From: Octopus bimaculoides
Lineage: Eukaryota
DNA: 64,000 nucleotides
Direction: 5' to 3'
Assembly: GCF_001194135.2 (NCBI RefSeq)
Contig: NC_068981.1
Coordinates: 184,164,507-184,228,506, forward strand
Part shown: positions 11,681 through 24,900 of the stretch, in pieces
How the letters are laid out: every line of letters starts with the position of its first letter
Position numbering within the stretch: the first letter of the stretch is position 1
Notes under the pieces: model-generated
The model's database searches: none
What the model was told of the DNA's origin: nothing
Seen by the model: only the letters and a program-made list of their open reading frames with translations
Translations under genes and position numbers: made by a program

Positions 11681-12641
11681 CAACAAATTCCCTGAATAAA
11701 TTTGGGAAGAGATAAAATTCTGAAATCCTGTTTCTGAAAGTGATTTTCTAATATCTGAATAGAAACATATGCCAATGGCTAACTAATTAATTTTTTCCCA
11801 TCTTTGTGTCAGACTCAGTGAGTTACCATGGAGATTCAGCTAACAGGGCCCAGAGTTACAACAAAAGGCTGAATTAATTATAATTCACCGAAAGACTTCA
11901 TTAACACTGCAGCTGTTTGGTAATTAGTTACGTTGGTAAACATACATACATACATACATACATACACACACACATACATACATATGTGTGTGTACGTGTG
12001 TGTGCATATATTAGATAAGTAAATAGATAGATTCATAGACATACACATACATGCATACATACACACGCACATACACACATATTTGTATATATTTATGTAT
12101 ATATTTATATATATTTTCATATATATATATATATATATATANNNNNNNNNNNNNNNNNNNNNNNNNNNNNNNNNNNNNNNNNNNNNNNNNNNNNNNNNNN
12201 NNNNNNNNNNNNNNNNNNNNNNNNNNNNNNNNNNNNNNNNNNNNNNNNNNNNNNNNNNNNNNNNNNNNNNNNNNNNNNNNNNNNNNNNNNNNNNNNNNNN
12301 NNNNNNNNNNNNNNNNNNNNNNNNNNNNNNNNNNNNNNNNNNNNNNNNNNNNNNNNNNNNNNNNNNNNNNNNNNNNNNNNNNNNNNNNNNNNNNNNNNNN
12401 NNNNNNNNNNNNNNNNNNNNNNNNNNNNNNNNNNNNNNNNNNNNNNNNNNNNNNNNNNNNNNNNNNNNNNNNNNNNNNNNNNNNNNNNNNNNNNNNNNNN
12501 NNNNNNNNNNNNNNNNNNNNNNNNNNNNNNNNNNNNNNNNNNNNNNNNNNNNNNNNNNNNNTATATATATACACACGCACTCATACACACATGCACACTC
12601 TCTCACACTCACACACATATTTATATGTTTATGTATGTATT

Positions 12642-12676
<35 letters not shown>

Positions 12677-13758
12677 GCACACACACTCACACACACACAC
12701 ATGCACACTCTCTCACACACACATATATGTATACTTATAAATACAAGATTATTAAAAAATGTGTGTGTGTGTACAAATTCACATTTATATACAAAATTAT
12801 ACATATAATACTTACTTTAATATATAGCAATGCATACAAACATAAACATCCTCATGTTTATAAGCATCTGTGTAGTCACCTTTCTTTCTGAATTTACCAA
12901 ATAACAGGATGACCCAATTCTGAAAACCATGGAATTCCAGGAATCAGTCACACAGTGGTCTATTTTGTCTAAGAAAGCCGCTTACTGTTAATAAAGCTCT
13001 TAAGATCTAAAAGATCCATAATTCTGTTTGTGACTCTTGGTAGAATCAAAGAATTCTTTGGAAATGTTTCTCTATCAAATATAAAAGTTTGTGTAAACTT
13101 CAGGTGGGAGGAGGAGAAGCATGAACAAAGCTGGAGTGAAAGGAAGAGGGAAAAAATTCTAAAGTAAGTTTTGTAACCGGAGAAGACTGGAAGAAAAGAG
13201 CGCCAAAATTTGGTTACCTTGTTTTGTTTTTATTAGTTTGTGTTGAGGGGAAAGGATGGAATTTGTAAAGGAAGAAAGAATTTAGTATACTTGAAAATAT
13301 ATGTACATTTATTTTTTATTTTTTGCATAAATAGTTAATTAGAAAATAATTTTAATGTTAATTACAAAAGTCATGTGAAGAATTTTTACTCGGGGAAAAC
13401 ATCTGTAATTGCATGTCAAATTCATTTATATATATGTATGTGTGTATGTATGTGTATATATATGTATATGAGTGTACGTTTGTGTATATGTATATGTGTG
13501 TATGTGTATTTGTATATGTGTGTGTATATTCTTTTATTCTTTTACTTGTTTCAGTCAAATGCCTGCGACCATGTTGGAGCACCACCTTTAGTCGAGCAAA
13601 TCGACCACAAGACTTATTCTTTGTAAGCTTAGCCTAGTACTTATTCTATCAGTCTCTTTTACCAAACTGCTAAGTTACAAGGACGTAAACACACCAGCAT
13701 CGGTTGTCAAGCAATGTTGGGGGGGACAAACACAGACACACAAACATACATACATTTA

Positions 13759-13793
<35 letters not shown>

Positions 13794-14369
13794 NNNNNNN
13801 NNNNNNNNNNNNNNNNNNNNNNNNNNNNNNNNNNNNNNNNNNNNNNNNNNNNNNNNNNNNNNNNNNNNNNNNNNNNNNNNNNNNNNNNNNNNNNNNNNNN
13901 NNNNNNNNNNNNNNNNNNNNNNNNNNNNNNNNNNNNNNNNNNNNNNNNNNNNNNNNNNNNNNNNNNNNNNNNNNNNNNNNNNNNNNNNNNNNNNNNNNNN
14001 NNNNNNNNNNNNNNNNNNNNNNNNNNNNNNNNNNNNNNNNNNNNNNNNNNNNNNNNNNNNNGGCTTCTGTGCTGGTGGCATGTAAAATGCACCCACTACA
14101 CTTTTGGGGTGGTTTGGTTTGGGAAGGGCATCCAGCTGTAGAAACTCTGCCAGACCAGATTCAGAATGGAGTCTGGTGCAGCTGCTGGCTCTCCAGACCT
14201 CAGTCAAACCATCCAACCCATGCCAGCATGGAAAACGGAGGTTAATTAATGATGATGATGATATATACGACATAAGTATGTCCATGTATTTGTATGCTAG
14301 AGTGTGTGTAGGGCAGTTATGTGGGATGTTGTTGTATGTAAGTGACAGGATGAAGTAAAAGTGTAAGGA

Positions 14370-14757
14370 GGCGCAGGAGTGGCTGTGTGGTAAGTAGCTT
14401 GCTTACCAACCACATGGTTCCGGGTTCAGTCCCACTGCATAGTATCTTGGTCAAGTATCTTCTACTATAGCCTCGGGCCGACCAAAGCCTTGTGAGTGGA
14501 TTTGGTAGACGGAAACTGAAAGAAGCCCATCGTATATATGTATAGATATATGTGTGTTTGTGTGTCTGTGTTTGTCCCCCTAGCATTGCTTGACAACCGA
14601 TGCTGGTGTGTTTATGTCCCCGTCACTTAGCAGTTCGGCAAAACAGACCGATAGAATAAGTACTGGGCTTACAAAGAATAAGTCCCGGGGTTGATTTGCT
14701 CGATTAAAGGCGGTGCTCCAGCATGGCCGCAGTCAAATGACTGAAACAAGTAAAAGA
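14370..14757 (+). mobile_element. tRNA-headed SINE (family B), full length
   Basis: ggcgcaggagtggctgtgtgg...ggttcagtccc head; 17-bp TSD gtaaaagtgtaaggagg (14355-14371 / 14758-14774). Many further copies and fragments, e.g. 2310-2930, 31636-32040, 47150-47430. Confidence 0.85.
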
Positions 14758-15252
14758 GTAAAAGTGTAAGGAGGTACTATAGAAGTTCATATTAACTCAC
14801 TCTTTGTCTGTCTGCAGGATAACAGATCGTCTGTAATTGTTGCCATTAAACTTGACAATTAACTAGCAACATACAATCTGACCGTGATTTATAAAGGAAT
14901 GCTGGATGACAGTAGCCACCATCCCTGCTATTGGTATTGTCATTGTCATTAATGTAGTTATTGTCATCTTCTTTGTCATGTCTACTTGGATGTGGGAGGC
15001 TTGTTTGTCTCCTATTGCATTGTGCCAGCTGGTGATATTGATAATTTGCATAACATGAATATAAATTGTGCATTTAATACCAGTCATTGTATATCTTGCT
15101 GAACACTGAAGAGGTGAATTAACAAGATTATATAATGTTTTCAATACCAGTTATGAAATCCTGGAGGTAATTTGTTGAAACGTGTGTATGTTTTGTAAAG
15201 CATAGATTATTATACCTGTTTCCAGTATTTTATTAATACCACACACACACAC

Positions 15253-15545
15253 ACATCATCATTGTTTAACGTCCACTTTCCATGCTAGCATGGGTTGGAC
15301 GATTTGACTGAGGACTGGTGAAACCGGATGGCAACACCAGGCTCCAATCTGATTTGGCCGAGTTTCTACAGCTGGATGCCCTTCCTAACGCCAACCACTC
15401 AGAGAGTGTAGTGGGTGCTTTTACGTGTCACCCGCACGAAGGCCAGTCAGGCAATACTGGCAACGGCCACGCTCAAAAGGTGTATTTTATGTGCCACCCG
15501 CACAAGAGCCAGTCCAGGGGCACTGGCAACGATCTCGCTCGAGAA
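15253..15545 (-). mobile_element. RTE-type 3'-end repeat with (GAT)n tail (representative copy of the most abundant family here)
   Basis: gttaggaagggcatccagctgtagaaac...catgctagcatggaaag.ggacgttaaac(gat)n; other copies at ~9880, 19190, 27143, 33575, 34130, 50597, 57770, 61570. Confidence 0.75.
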
Positions 15546-16499
15546 TCCTACGAAGGTCTCGCTCGAAAATCCTTTCCATCTTATTTTTGATGTAAGTATA
15601 CATAACTGAAAGTCAAATTAACTGCAGTATTCTTTCAGAGATAATATCTTGTATGGACATACAGTGTTAAAAAAGACAGAAATATGCCAGTAGCAGATGA
15701 AAATTATCTGGCAGTGGCAGTGAGAATGCTAGATGCACATTTCTGCTGTTTTAGGTTTTGTCAGTGTTATTTATGGATATAAGAAAATATATTCTCAAAC
15801 GAATACTACAGTTAATTTGGCTTTCTGCGAAGCATTTGTATTAAGTTTGATACATAGTTTGACATTTTTATCTAATACTGCTTCAGTTGCACATAAAGAA
15901 TTTTTATTCAACCAGCCAGCTAAGTGCAACATCAGTGATTTTTTTTTTGTTATTGTTTTCCTTTGATGATATATTTTGTTTTAGCATGCAGTTGTCAGTG
16001 GGTACTTGCAACTGATGAAACTCCAGAAAGTTAGAAATAAGCATCTGGTATTTTCATCCCCACTGTTGGATGATTTTTGTTTGTTTCTGAAGAGATATTC
16101 TTTTCTACTCTAGGCACAAGGCTCGAAATTTTTGGGGAGGGGGCCAGTCGATTAGATTGACCCCAGTATGCAACTGGTACTTAATTTATCGACCCCGAAA
16201 GGATGAAAGACAAAGTCGACCTCGGCAGAATTTGAACTCAGAACATAAAGACAGACAAAACACCGCTAGGCATTTTGCCCGGCATGCTAGCATTTCTGCC
16301 AGCTCGCTGCCTTACTTCCATAAGAGATATTATCACCAGACTAATATGACCATTAATTTGGCTTTCATCATCATCATCATCATCGTTTAACGTCTGCTTT
16401 CCATGCTGGCATGGGTTGGACGGTTTGACTGGGGACTGGCAAGCCAGTAGGCTGCACCAGGATCTAATCTTTCTGTTATGTATTTGCATTAAGTATGAA

Positions 16500-16990
16500 A
16501 CAGATTCATATTTCATTTAATGTTAATACCACAGAGCCTGCATCAGTTATTGCATTTAGATGGTTTATCTGCATCCTTATCCCTTTTGTGCAGCAAGTAT
16601 TTTGCAACCATTTCAGGCCCCTGTATTGCAAAAGCATATCCTTTGAAGCAAGAGCTAGTATCTCAGATATTAGTCCAAGGTAGACTACTCTGAATGTCAA
16701 CATTGCCTTCTGAGCACATACATCACTTTTTGCTAGTATGCATGCAACTTTTCTTCTGATGTTCTTCTGCAGTGGATTTGTGCAACTTCCCTTGATGTAT
16801 ATATCCCTGGTCATCAGTCAGAGAATATTTACTAAGATGCTTCTTTCCAACTCCCATGGTATTATTGGTGTCAAATATACAGATTTGATCCCTGGCAGAG
16901 CTTCAGCATTTGGTGGTATGTAGATGCTGTCAAATGGACATGATGCAATTTCCAAAGGCTGTTTGGATCAATGATAAGCCTCTGCTGCCT
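16500..16990 (-). mobile_element. Degenerate R4/Dong-like (RLE) non-LTR retrotransposon ORF fragment
   Basis: A single frame reads GSRGLSLIQTAF...LPWTNI*DTSSCFKGYAFAIQ.PE..AKYL...KCNN*CRLCG (post-RT region into the Zn knuckle); stops are mostly TGA. Confidence 0.6.
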
Positions 16991-17345
16991 TGATTTTGTT
17001 TTTAAGTAAAAATGGTTTACATCACTGTTGATGTGGAAATTACTGGTATGAGTTAGTCATTTTCAGGTATTTATCATAACTATTGTCATCATTGATTATC
17101 CATTGCTTGTTTTGTCATGGTTTCTACGGCTGGATGCTTTTCCTAATGCCAACCATTTCACAGAGTGTGCTTGGTGCTTTTTACATGGCACTAACACTGG
17201 TTTTCACATCAATAACCTGAAACTTGTCTAGTGTCTTGTCAATTAGCCCAAATATTGGTGTGAGGCCTGGTACAGTAATCACATTGTGGCCTATCAATTT
17301 ATTGCTTATGGAAAGTTCTGAGAGTAAGACTAAAAAGCTCCCTTG

Positions 17346-17401
<56 letters not shown>

Positions 17402-20248
17402 NNNNNNNNNNNNNNNNNNNNNNNNNNNNNNNNNNNNNNNNNNNNNNNNNNNNNNNNNNNNNNNNNNNNNNNNNNNNNNNNNNNNNNNNNNNNNNNNNNN
17501 NNNNNNNNNNNNNNNNNNNNNNNNNNNNNNNNNNNNNNNNNNNNNNNNNNNNNNNNNNNNNNNNNNNNNNNNNNNNNNNNNNNNNNNNNNNNNNNNNNNN
17601 NNNNNNNNNNNNNNNNNNNNNNNNNNNNNNNNNNNNNNNNNNNNNNNNNNNNNNNNNNNNNNNNNNNNNNNNNNNNNNNNNNNNNNNNNNNNNNNNNNNN
17701 NNNNNNNNNNNNNNNNNNNNNNNNNNNNNNNNNNNNNNNNNNNNNNNNNNNNNNNNNNNNNNNNNNNNNNNNNNNNNNNNNNNNNNNNNNNNNNNNNNNN
17801 NNNNNNNNNNNNNNNNNNNNNNNNNNNNNNNNNNNNNNNNNNNNNNNNNNNNNNNNNNNNNNNNNNNNNNNNNNNNNNNNNNNNNNNNNNNNNNNNNNNN
17901 NNNNNNNNNNNNNNNNNNNNNNNNNNNNNNNNNNNNNNNNNNNNNNNNNNNNNNNNNNNNNNNNNNNNNNNNNNNNNNNNNNNNNNNNNNNNNNNNNCAA
18001 GTTCAACCATGTATGTGTGTGTGTGTATGTTTGCATGTGTCTCTGTATGAGTGTGTGTAAGTGTATGAGAGAGAGAGGGGGGGGATAGAGTTTGTGTGTG
18101 TGTATGTGTGTATGTTAGTGTGTGTATATGTATGAGTATGTACATTTGCTCGTGTGTGTAAATGTATGTGAAAGTAAGAGGGAGAGAGAGAAAAAGATAG
18201 TATGTGTATGTGTGTGTATGCATGGGCGTGTGTATGTGTGTGAAACTACAGTGCAGATTTAATTATATAGTTGACAATAAACAGACACTTATAACAGATT
18301 CTGCATACTTTCTCATAAGTATGAAATGAGGACTTTGATGTAGACATAGGTAAATCAGAGTTCCCTTCCCACCCACCACACACAAAATGTCTACTTAAGT
18401 GAAGAAGCCAGCTGAAAACAATATTTTCTTTTATTGCATCTTGAATATTTCAATGAAACTGTGGAAAAAAAAGCCATAAATTTATGTATTTGGTTAACTG
18501 AACTGTTGTAATGAACAAACAAGGGGATCTTTATGATAAATTGTATATTATGATAGTTGTCAGACCAATAAATAGGTTATGTTAACTACACATATCGTTA
18601 TATATCTTACCTTATTCACATGACCAACACTGAAAAGAAAGCCTTCAGTATGTAACAACAAAAAGTTTCTGTTGTTGCCCTCATTGTTAGAAATGAGCTT
18701 AAAATCTCACACAAATCCCACACACAGCATAATCATTGTCATCTTCATCATCATCATTTAATGTCCATTTTCCATGCTGGCATGGGTTGGACAGTTTGAC
18801 AGGAGCCACATCAAGTTCCATTGTCTGTTTTGGCACGGTTTCTACAACTGGATGCCCTTCCTAATGCCAACCACTTTACAGAGTGTACTGGGTACTTTTT
18901 ATGTGGTGCCAGCACTGGTACTTTTTATGTGGCTCCCGGCATCATTGCTTTTTAGGTGGCACTAACACCAGTGCTTTTAATGTGGTGCCATTACCTGTGC
19001 CTTTTATGAGGCAACATCACCAATGCTTTTTATGTGATACCAGTACTGATAGGGTCACCAAATACTTTGCAAGACAATATCCCCTCAACTGGGAGTGGGG
19101 AGTAATATTGAGTCCAGCCCAAATATTTTTCCTGTTTTCTGTTCAAACTGGCCTAATCTAGCCTCTCACACCAACCCTACAATCAGCATCATCATCATCA
19201 TCATCGTTTAACGTCCGCTTTCCATGCTAGCATGGGTTGGACGATTTGACTGAGGACTGGTGAAACCAGATGGCTACACCAGGCTCCAATCTGATTTGGC
19301 AGAGTTTCTACAGCTGGATGCCCTTCCTAATGCCGACCACTCAGAGAGTGTAGTGGGTGCTTTTACGTGTCACCCGCACGAAGGCCAGTCCTAAAAATAA
19401 ACTATCACATCATTGGAATCTCAAAGCTATGAGATATTGCAAAGTTGAATCAAAACAATGTAAGTTTTGCATTTGGCAGGGTAATCCAAATGTTAATGTA
19501 GTCTTAGATACACTAGTATACTATATTTGAAACAAAGACAGGATGGTCACGGTTGGAACACTATTAATCATAGGTTTGCTTGAGTAAGGTTGACCAGGGA
19601 TAAACATCAGCACCAATGAAGTCTCTATATGGTTATTCTGCTTGCTAGAAAGAGCAACCAAATTATCTCAGATCAGACACCATGGTCTTGGAAAAGGAAA
19701 GGACACAACAGATAATGCAGATCTACTTATACATAAAACGATGGGATGGTCGTGGCTGGAATGGTTTTCATCAGAGATCTGCTACGATCATGGCTGATCT
19801 GGAGATGTGATGAATAATGACAAGGAAAGAATCACTGGAAAATGTAATCCTAGATATATTAGAAGAAGAAAGAAAAACAGCTGTCACTTGCAAATAAGTA
19901 ATATTTGCTAATTGTACTTGATGCTTATGTAGGTACGAGTAGACATAAACACTCTAGTAAGGATGTGATAGCTGGAGGGAGGGCTGTGCCAAAAGTCAGT
20001 TGGTGTTCATTTTCAGCTGAGTTGACTGGAACAATGGGAAATGAAGTGCTTGCTCAAGGACACAATATATCATTTGGCCAAGGAATCAAACCCATGACCT
20101 TATAAGAGAGTATTGTAGTTCGCTTGAAACATTGTGTATTGTTTGTAAAGAATAAAAAATAAAAAGTTTTGAATGGTACAACAATGCACTATAATACAAA
20201 AAAATGGACTATATACTTGTTGTAATTTAGTTATCTATAGTCCGAGAT

Positions 20249-20636
20249 GTGGAGGCGCAACGGCCCAGTGGTTAGGGCAGCGAACTCGCGGTCATAGGAT
20301 CACGGTTTCGATTCCCAGACCGGGCGTTGTGAGTATTTATTGAGCGAAAACACCTAAAGCTCCACAAGGCTCTGGCAGGGGATGGTGGCGAACCCTGTTG
20401 TACTCTTCCACCACAACTTTCTCTCACTCTTACTTCCTGTTTCTGTTGTGCCTGTAATTCAAAGGGTCAGCCTTGTCACACTCTGTGTCACGCTGAATAT
20501 CCCCCAAGAACTACGTTAAGGGTACACGTGTCTGTGGAGTGCTCAACCACTTGCACGTTAATTTCACGAGCAGGCTGTTCCGTTGATCGGGTCAACTGGA
20601 ACCCTCGACGTCATAAGCGACGGAGTGCCAACCACC
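20249..20636 (+). mobile_element. tRNA-headed SINE (family A), full length, young
   Basis: Exact 12-bp TSD atagtccgagat (20237-20248 / 20637-20648); CpGs largely retained. Confidence 0.88.
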
Positions 20637-21405
20637 ATAGTCCGAGATATTTCGGAATACAATTCCTTCTTCAGATCTTCTTAGATGGAGTCTCTGCTAT
20701 CAACTGTTTACTAACGGCTTTTTTTTTTTTTCCGAAAGTGTCTCCCAAACCCGAAATCCTATTCACCAAGCCATATGCTTTATTATGTTTGGTTAAAATT
20801 ACTGGACAGTCACCTGGGCCTTAACAACAACAACATTAACAATAGAAATTTATAACATGAAAGTTTTGTGGTTGTATGGTTGGGCATTTGAGAAGTTTCT
20901 GTTTCTCTACCACCTTTTGAACCTTCATGACTAAATAAGCAAGAATAAATAAAATTGATTAAAAAGTAAATAAAATCCCACCAAAAAGACAACATAATTA
21001 ACGAGAAGAATATGACAGCTTTCATGGTTTTTATTTATTTATTTATTTTACAACAAAAAATTTCCTCCAGTTTTTCTGTCTTTAACATTTCCTTCATATT
21101 GAAAAAATAAGTTTGAATTTCTTCAGGCCTTGCCACATTGATCCTCAGCCCCAGAGTAGTAGTAGTAGTAGTAGTAGTAGTAATAGCAGCAGCAGCAGTA
21201 GTAGTAGTAGTAGTCCTTTCTACTATAAGGCCTGAAAGTTAGTTGATTACATCGAACCCAGTATTCAACTGGTACTATTTTATCAACCCTGAAAGATGAA
21301 AAGCTAAGTCAACCTTTGAATGAAATTTGAATGCAGAATGTAAAGACAGACAAAATGTCTGGTGCAGTAACAATTCTGCAAGACTCCAGGAGTTCCAACA
21401 AAACC

Positions 21406-21452
<47 letters not shown>

Positions 21453-21950
21453 TTTCAAATTTTGACACAAGGTCAGCAAGTTTGGGGGAAGGGTGTAAAT
21501 TGATCATATTGACCTCAGTGCTTGACTGGTACTTATTTTATTGACCTCAGTGCTTGACTGGTACTTATTTTATTGACCACGAAAGAATAAAAGGCAAAGT
21601 TGACCTTGGTGGAATTTGAACTCAGAACACAAAGACGGAAGAATTGCCATGAAGCACTTAGCCCTGCATGCTGATTCAGCTAGCTTGCCACCTTAATAAT
21701 AATAATAATAATAATAATTATAATAATAATAATCCTTTCTACTGGAAGCAAAAGGCCTCAAATTTGGAGGGGGGATGAAGTCGATTAGATCAACCCCAGT
21801 GTGTAACTAGTACTTATTTAATCGACCCCGAAAGAATGAAAGGCAAAGTGAGCCTCAGCGGAATTCGAACTCAGGATGTAGTGGCAGACGAAATACCACT
21901 AAGTATTTCACTTGGCATGCTAATGATTCTGCCAGCTTGCAATAATAATA

Positions 21951-21997
<47 letters not shown>

Positions 21998-24900
21998 CCT
22001 TTCAACTGGAAGCACTAGACCTCAAATTTGGCAGAAATGGATTAAGTCGCTTACATCGACTCCAGTGCATAACTGGTTCTTATTTGACCCCGAAAGGATG
22101 AAAGGCAACGTTGACCTCAGCGGAATTTGAACTCAGAACGTAGTGACAGACGAAATACTGCTAAGCATTTTGTCCCCCCCCCCCGGCATGCTAACGATTC
22201 TGCCAGNNNNNNNNNNAATAATAATAATAATAATAATAATGATGATGATGAGGATGATGACGTTTCTAACGTAGGCACAAAGCTAGAAATTTATGTTAAG
22301 GTGATTATACTGACCTCAGTATTTGACTAATATATTATTTTATTGACACTGGAAGGGAGAAGGGTAAAGTTGAACTCTATTATACATGGGAGGTGGAGAA
22401 TCTGAAGGTGGAAGGAGGGCACGGGTGGTGAAGGACTGAATTAAAAAATTAGGTTGAGTTTACAGTCTTCTACTACCCAAATCCACTAATTTACGCTAAC
22501 ATTCCCTCACCCCCAATTAGCTATGTGTTTAATTAATCTCATGAAATAAATAAATATATAAATGAATTTATATTGTTGTGAGGATTCTTCCCTTTCAATA
22601 AACAACTGTATAATATCATCAACAAGGGATCATATAAGAATATTTCCATAAGCTACAGGGACTCATAAACCAGTTAATGAAAGATGGATCAGCTCCTGGA
22701 GAGGATGCTAGTCCATCCAAGGTGACATTCCCAAAACACATTGTACCAATTTCCAACAATTAGGTAAACTAATCCTCCTCCTTGGTCACATCTTAAATGA
22801 TGACGACCACCACCACTATCATTGTGATGTTGGCATGAAACAGATGAATCTGTAGTCTATTGTGTTACCATTCTTTTCTATCCTGCATTATCTTGTCTGT
22901 GAGACCCAACAGTCTTAAGTTAAACCTTCCTAGTTTTTCCTATGTTTTTTACTGCCATGCAACCCCCTACTCCCATCCAATAAACTCACAAAACTGTGTT
23001 ACCTACTAGAAAGACATTGATGTTGTGGCTTGCAAAACCTTTTTTGATTTTCTTCAATAGTTTTGAAGAAAAGATTTTAAAAATAGCAAATATTGAAAGT
23101 TTTGATACTAATAGCAAAAGAGTTCTACTTCATTTTGGACTACAAGTGACTTGGCGACCCCACTGTCACTACATAAGAAGCACCCACCCCATTCAGTAAA
23201 GTGGTTGGCACTAGGAAGGGCATCCAACTGTAGAAACCATGCCAAAACAGACAATTGGAGCCTGGTGCAGCTCTCTGGTTTGCCAGCTCCTGTCAAACTG
23301 CCCAACCAATGCTAGCATCAAAAACGGACATTAAATGATGATGGAGTCCATTTTCTGACTCCAAAGACTCTTCTACAAATCTAAAATAATTTGCTTTTAT
23401 ACCTGTTCTGTAGACTATTATTTTGACATTCCATACAGCAAGACTCATCCTCATCCTGATTCTAATGTCCACTTATCCATGTTTGCATGTGTTAGACAGA
23501 CTTTGTTGAGGTAGATTTTCTACAGCTGGATGCTCTTCCTGTCACCAACCCTTACCTGTTTCCAAGCAAGGAGGATTGAAAATGAGGGACATCACTTGTA
23601 TGGCAGTGACAATCATTTTACAACCACCACCTTACATCAAGACAATGGATGTCTTTTATCTATTACTTGTTTCAGCCATTAGACTCCAGCCATGCAGGTC
23701 CTCCACCTTCTAAAGATTTTTAAGCCTTGGACTCATTCTATCAGTTTCATTTGCCAAACTGCTAAGTTATAGCAACATAAACAAACCAACACTGGTTGTC
23801 AAAGCAGTGGTGGGGGACAGACACACACACCCACACATGATGAGCTTTTTTCAGTTTCCATCTACCAAATCCACTGCACCAGGCTCCAATTGTCTGTTTT
23901 GGCATGGTTTCTATGGCTGGATGCCCTTCCTAGCACCAACTATTTTACAGAGTGTGGACTGGGTGCTTCTTATGTAGTGGCAGTGGGGTCACCAAGTCAC
24001 TTGTAGAAAAAACGAAGTAGAACTCTTTTACTATTAGTATCAAAACTTTCCACTTCTATAGTATAAGACATGTCCAAAGTACTATGCAGTGGGATTGAAC
24101 CTGGGACTATGTCATTGAGAAGTGAACTTCTCACCACCCAGCCAGGCCTACTCCTATACATATATTTCAATCATTATTATAATCATTATGAGTTACCATT
24201 TATAAATTTTTAACCCATTTAAACCCACCTCTAATCTTATTACCTCTAATGTGTTTCACTTCTCAGGGTCCTTACTAAAATCTAGTGTCCTACCCTGTAC
24301 ACCCACTTTTAATTTCATTATTAGCATAACCTGTTATACCCCCACCCCAGGAGTCTTAACTAAACATTCATGTTCCACTTTGTACAGCTAATGTGAAGAT
24401 GAAGACCACCACCACCTTCACCACTGCCACCATCATGTTTGAATGAAAATTGTTGGTAAAGTAAAAACTTATTAATTGATTTGTTAATTAAACACTAATA
24501 AAGTTTAATAATTTTTTTTTCGTTTTCTATTAGTTCAGTATTTATTAAAAAAAGAAAAGAACAATTTAAAACCTTTTGTTACCATTTTTCTGTTGGGATG
24601 CTCTATGTTTCTTTCAATTAATTTTAAGCATAGCAAAGAATTTGGTAAAATAACTTAGTTATCATTAAGATAGTGTTAGGAACATAAATTGTGACTAAGG
24701 TTTGGTGTGAGATTTTAATCCAGAACATTTGAAAACAAGACATTTGTACTACAGAACCAGAGGCAGTTTCAGGTGGGTTGGTATCAAAAGGGTTAAGATG
24801 ATTCCTTTTTTTAAAAAATTATTTGCTGAACAAGAAGCTTGCATGATAAATATTGACCATACAAAAATAACATAAATGCTCATTAAATCTATGAATTCAT

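Noticed and set aside
11080-11775. His/Pro/Thr/Val-rich ORFs (also 28835-29083 and 40297-40485)
   Set aside because: Translations of (GGT/GAT/CAT)n repeats, with no splice or domain support.
10375-11880. Possible two-exon plus-strand ORF (MQLVNSVGLDF...LTE / DSVSYHGD...RLN*)
   Set aside because: Phases fit, but the product is under 60 aa with no recognisable homology, and such signals arise by chance in AT-rich DNA.
5219-18223. Long ORFs (170-335 aa) in the ORF track
   Set aside because: They run through N gaps (poly-X) and microsatellites and have no recognisable domains.
18611-18629. 19-nt minus-strand micro-exon with strong ttttcag / GTAAGA signals
   Set aside because: No partner exons or recognisable peptide; cannot be supported without RNA data.
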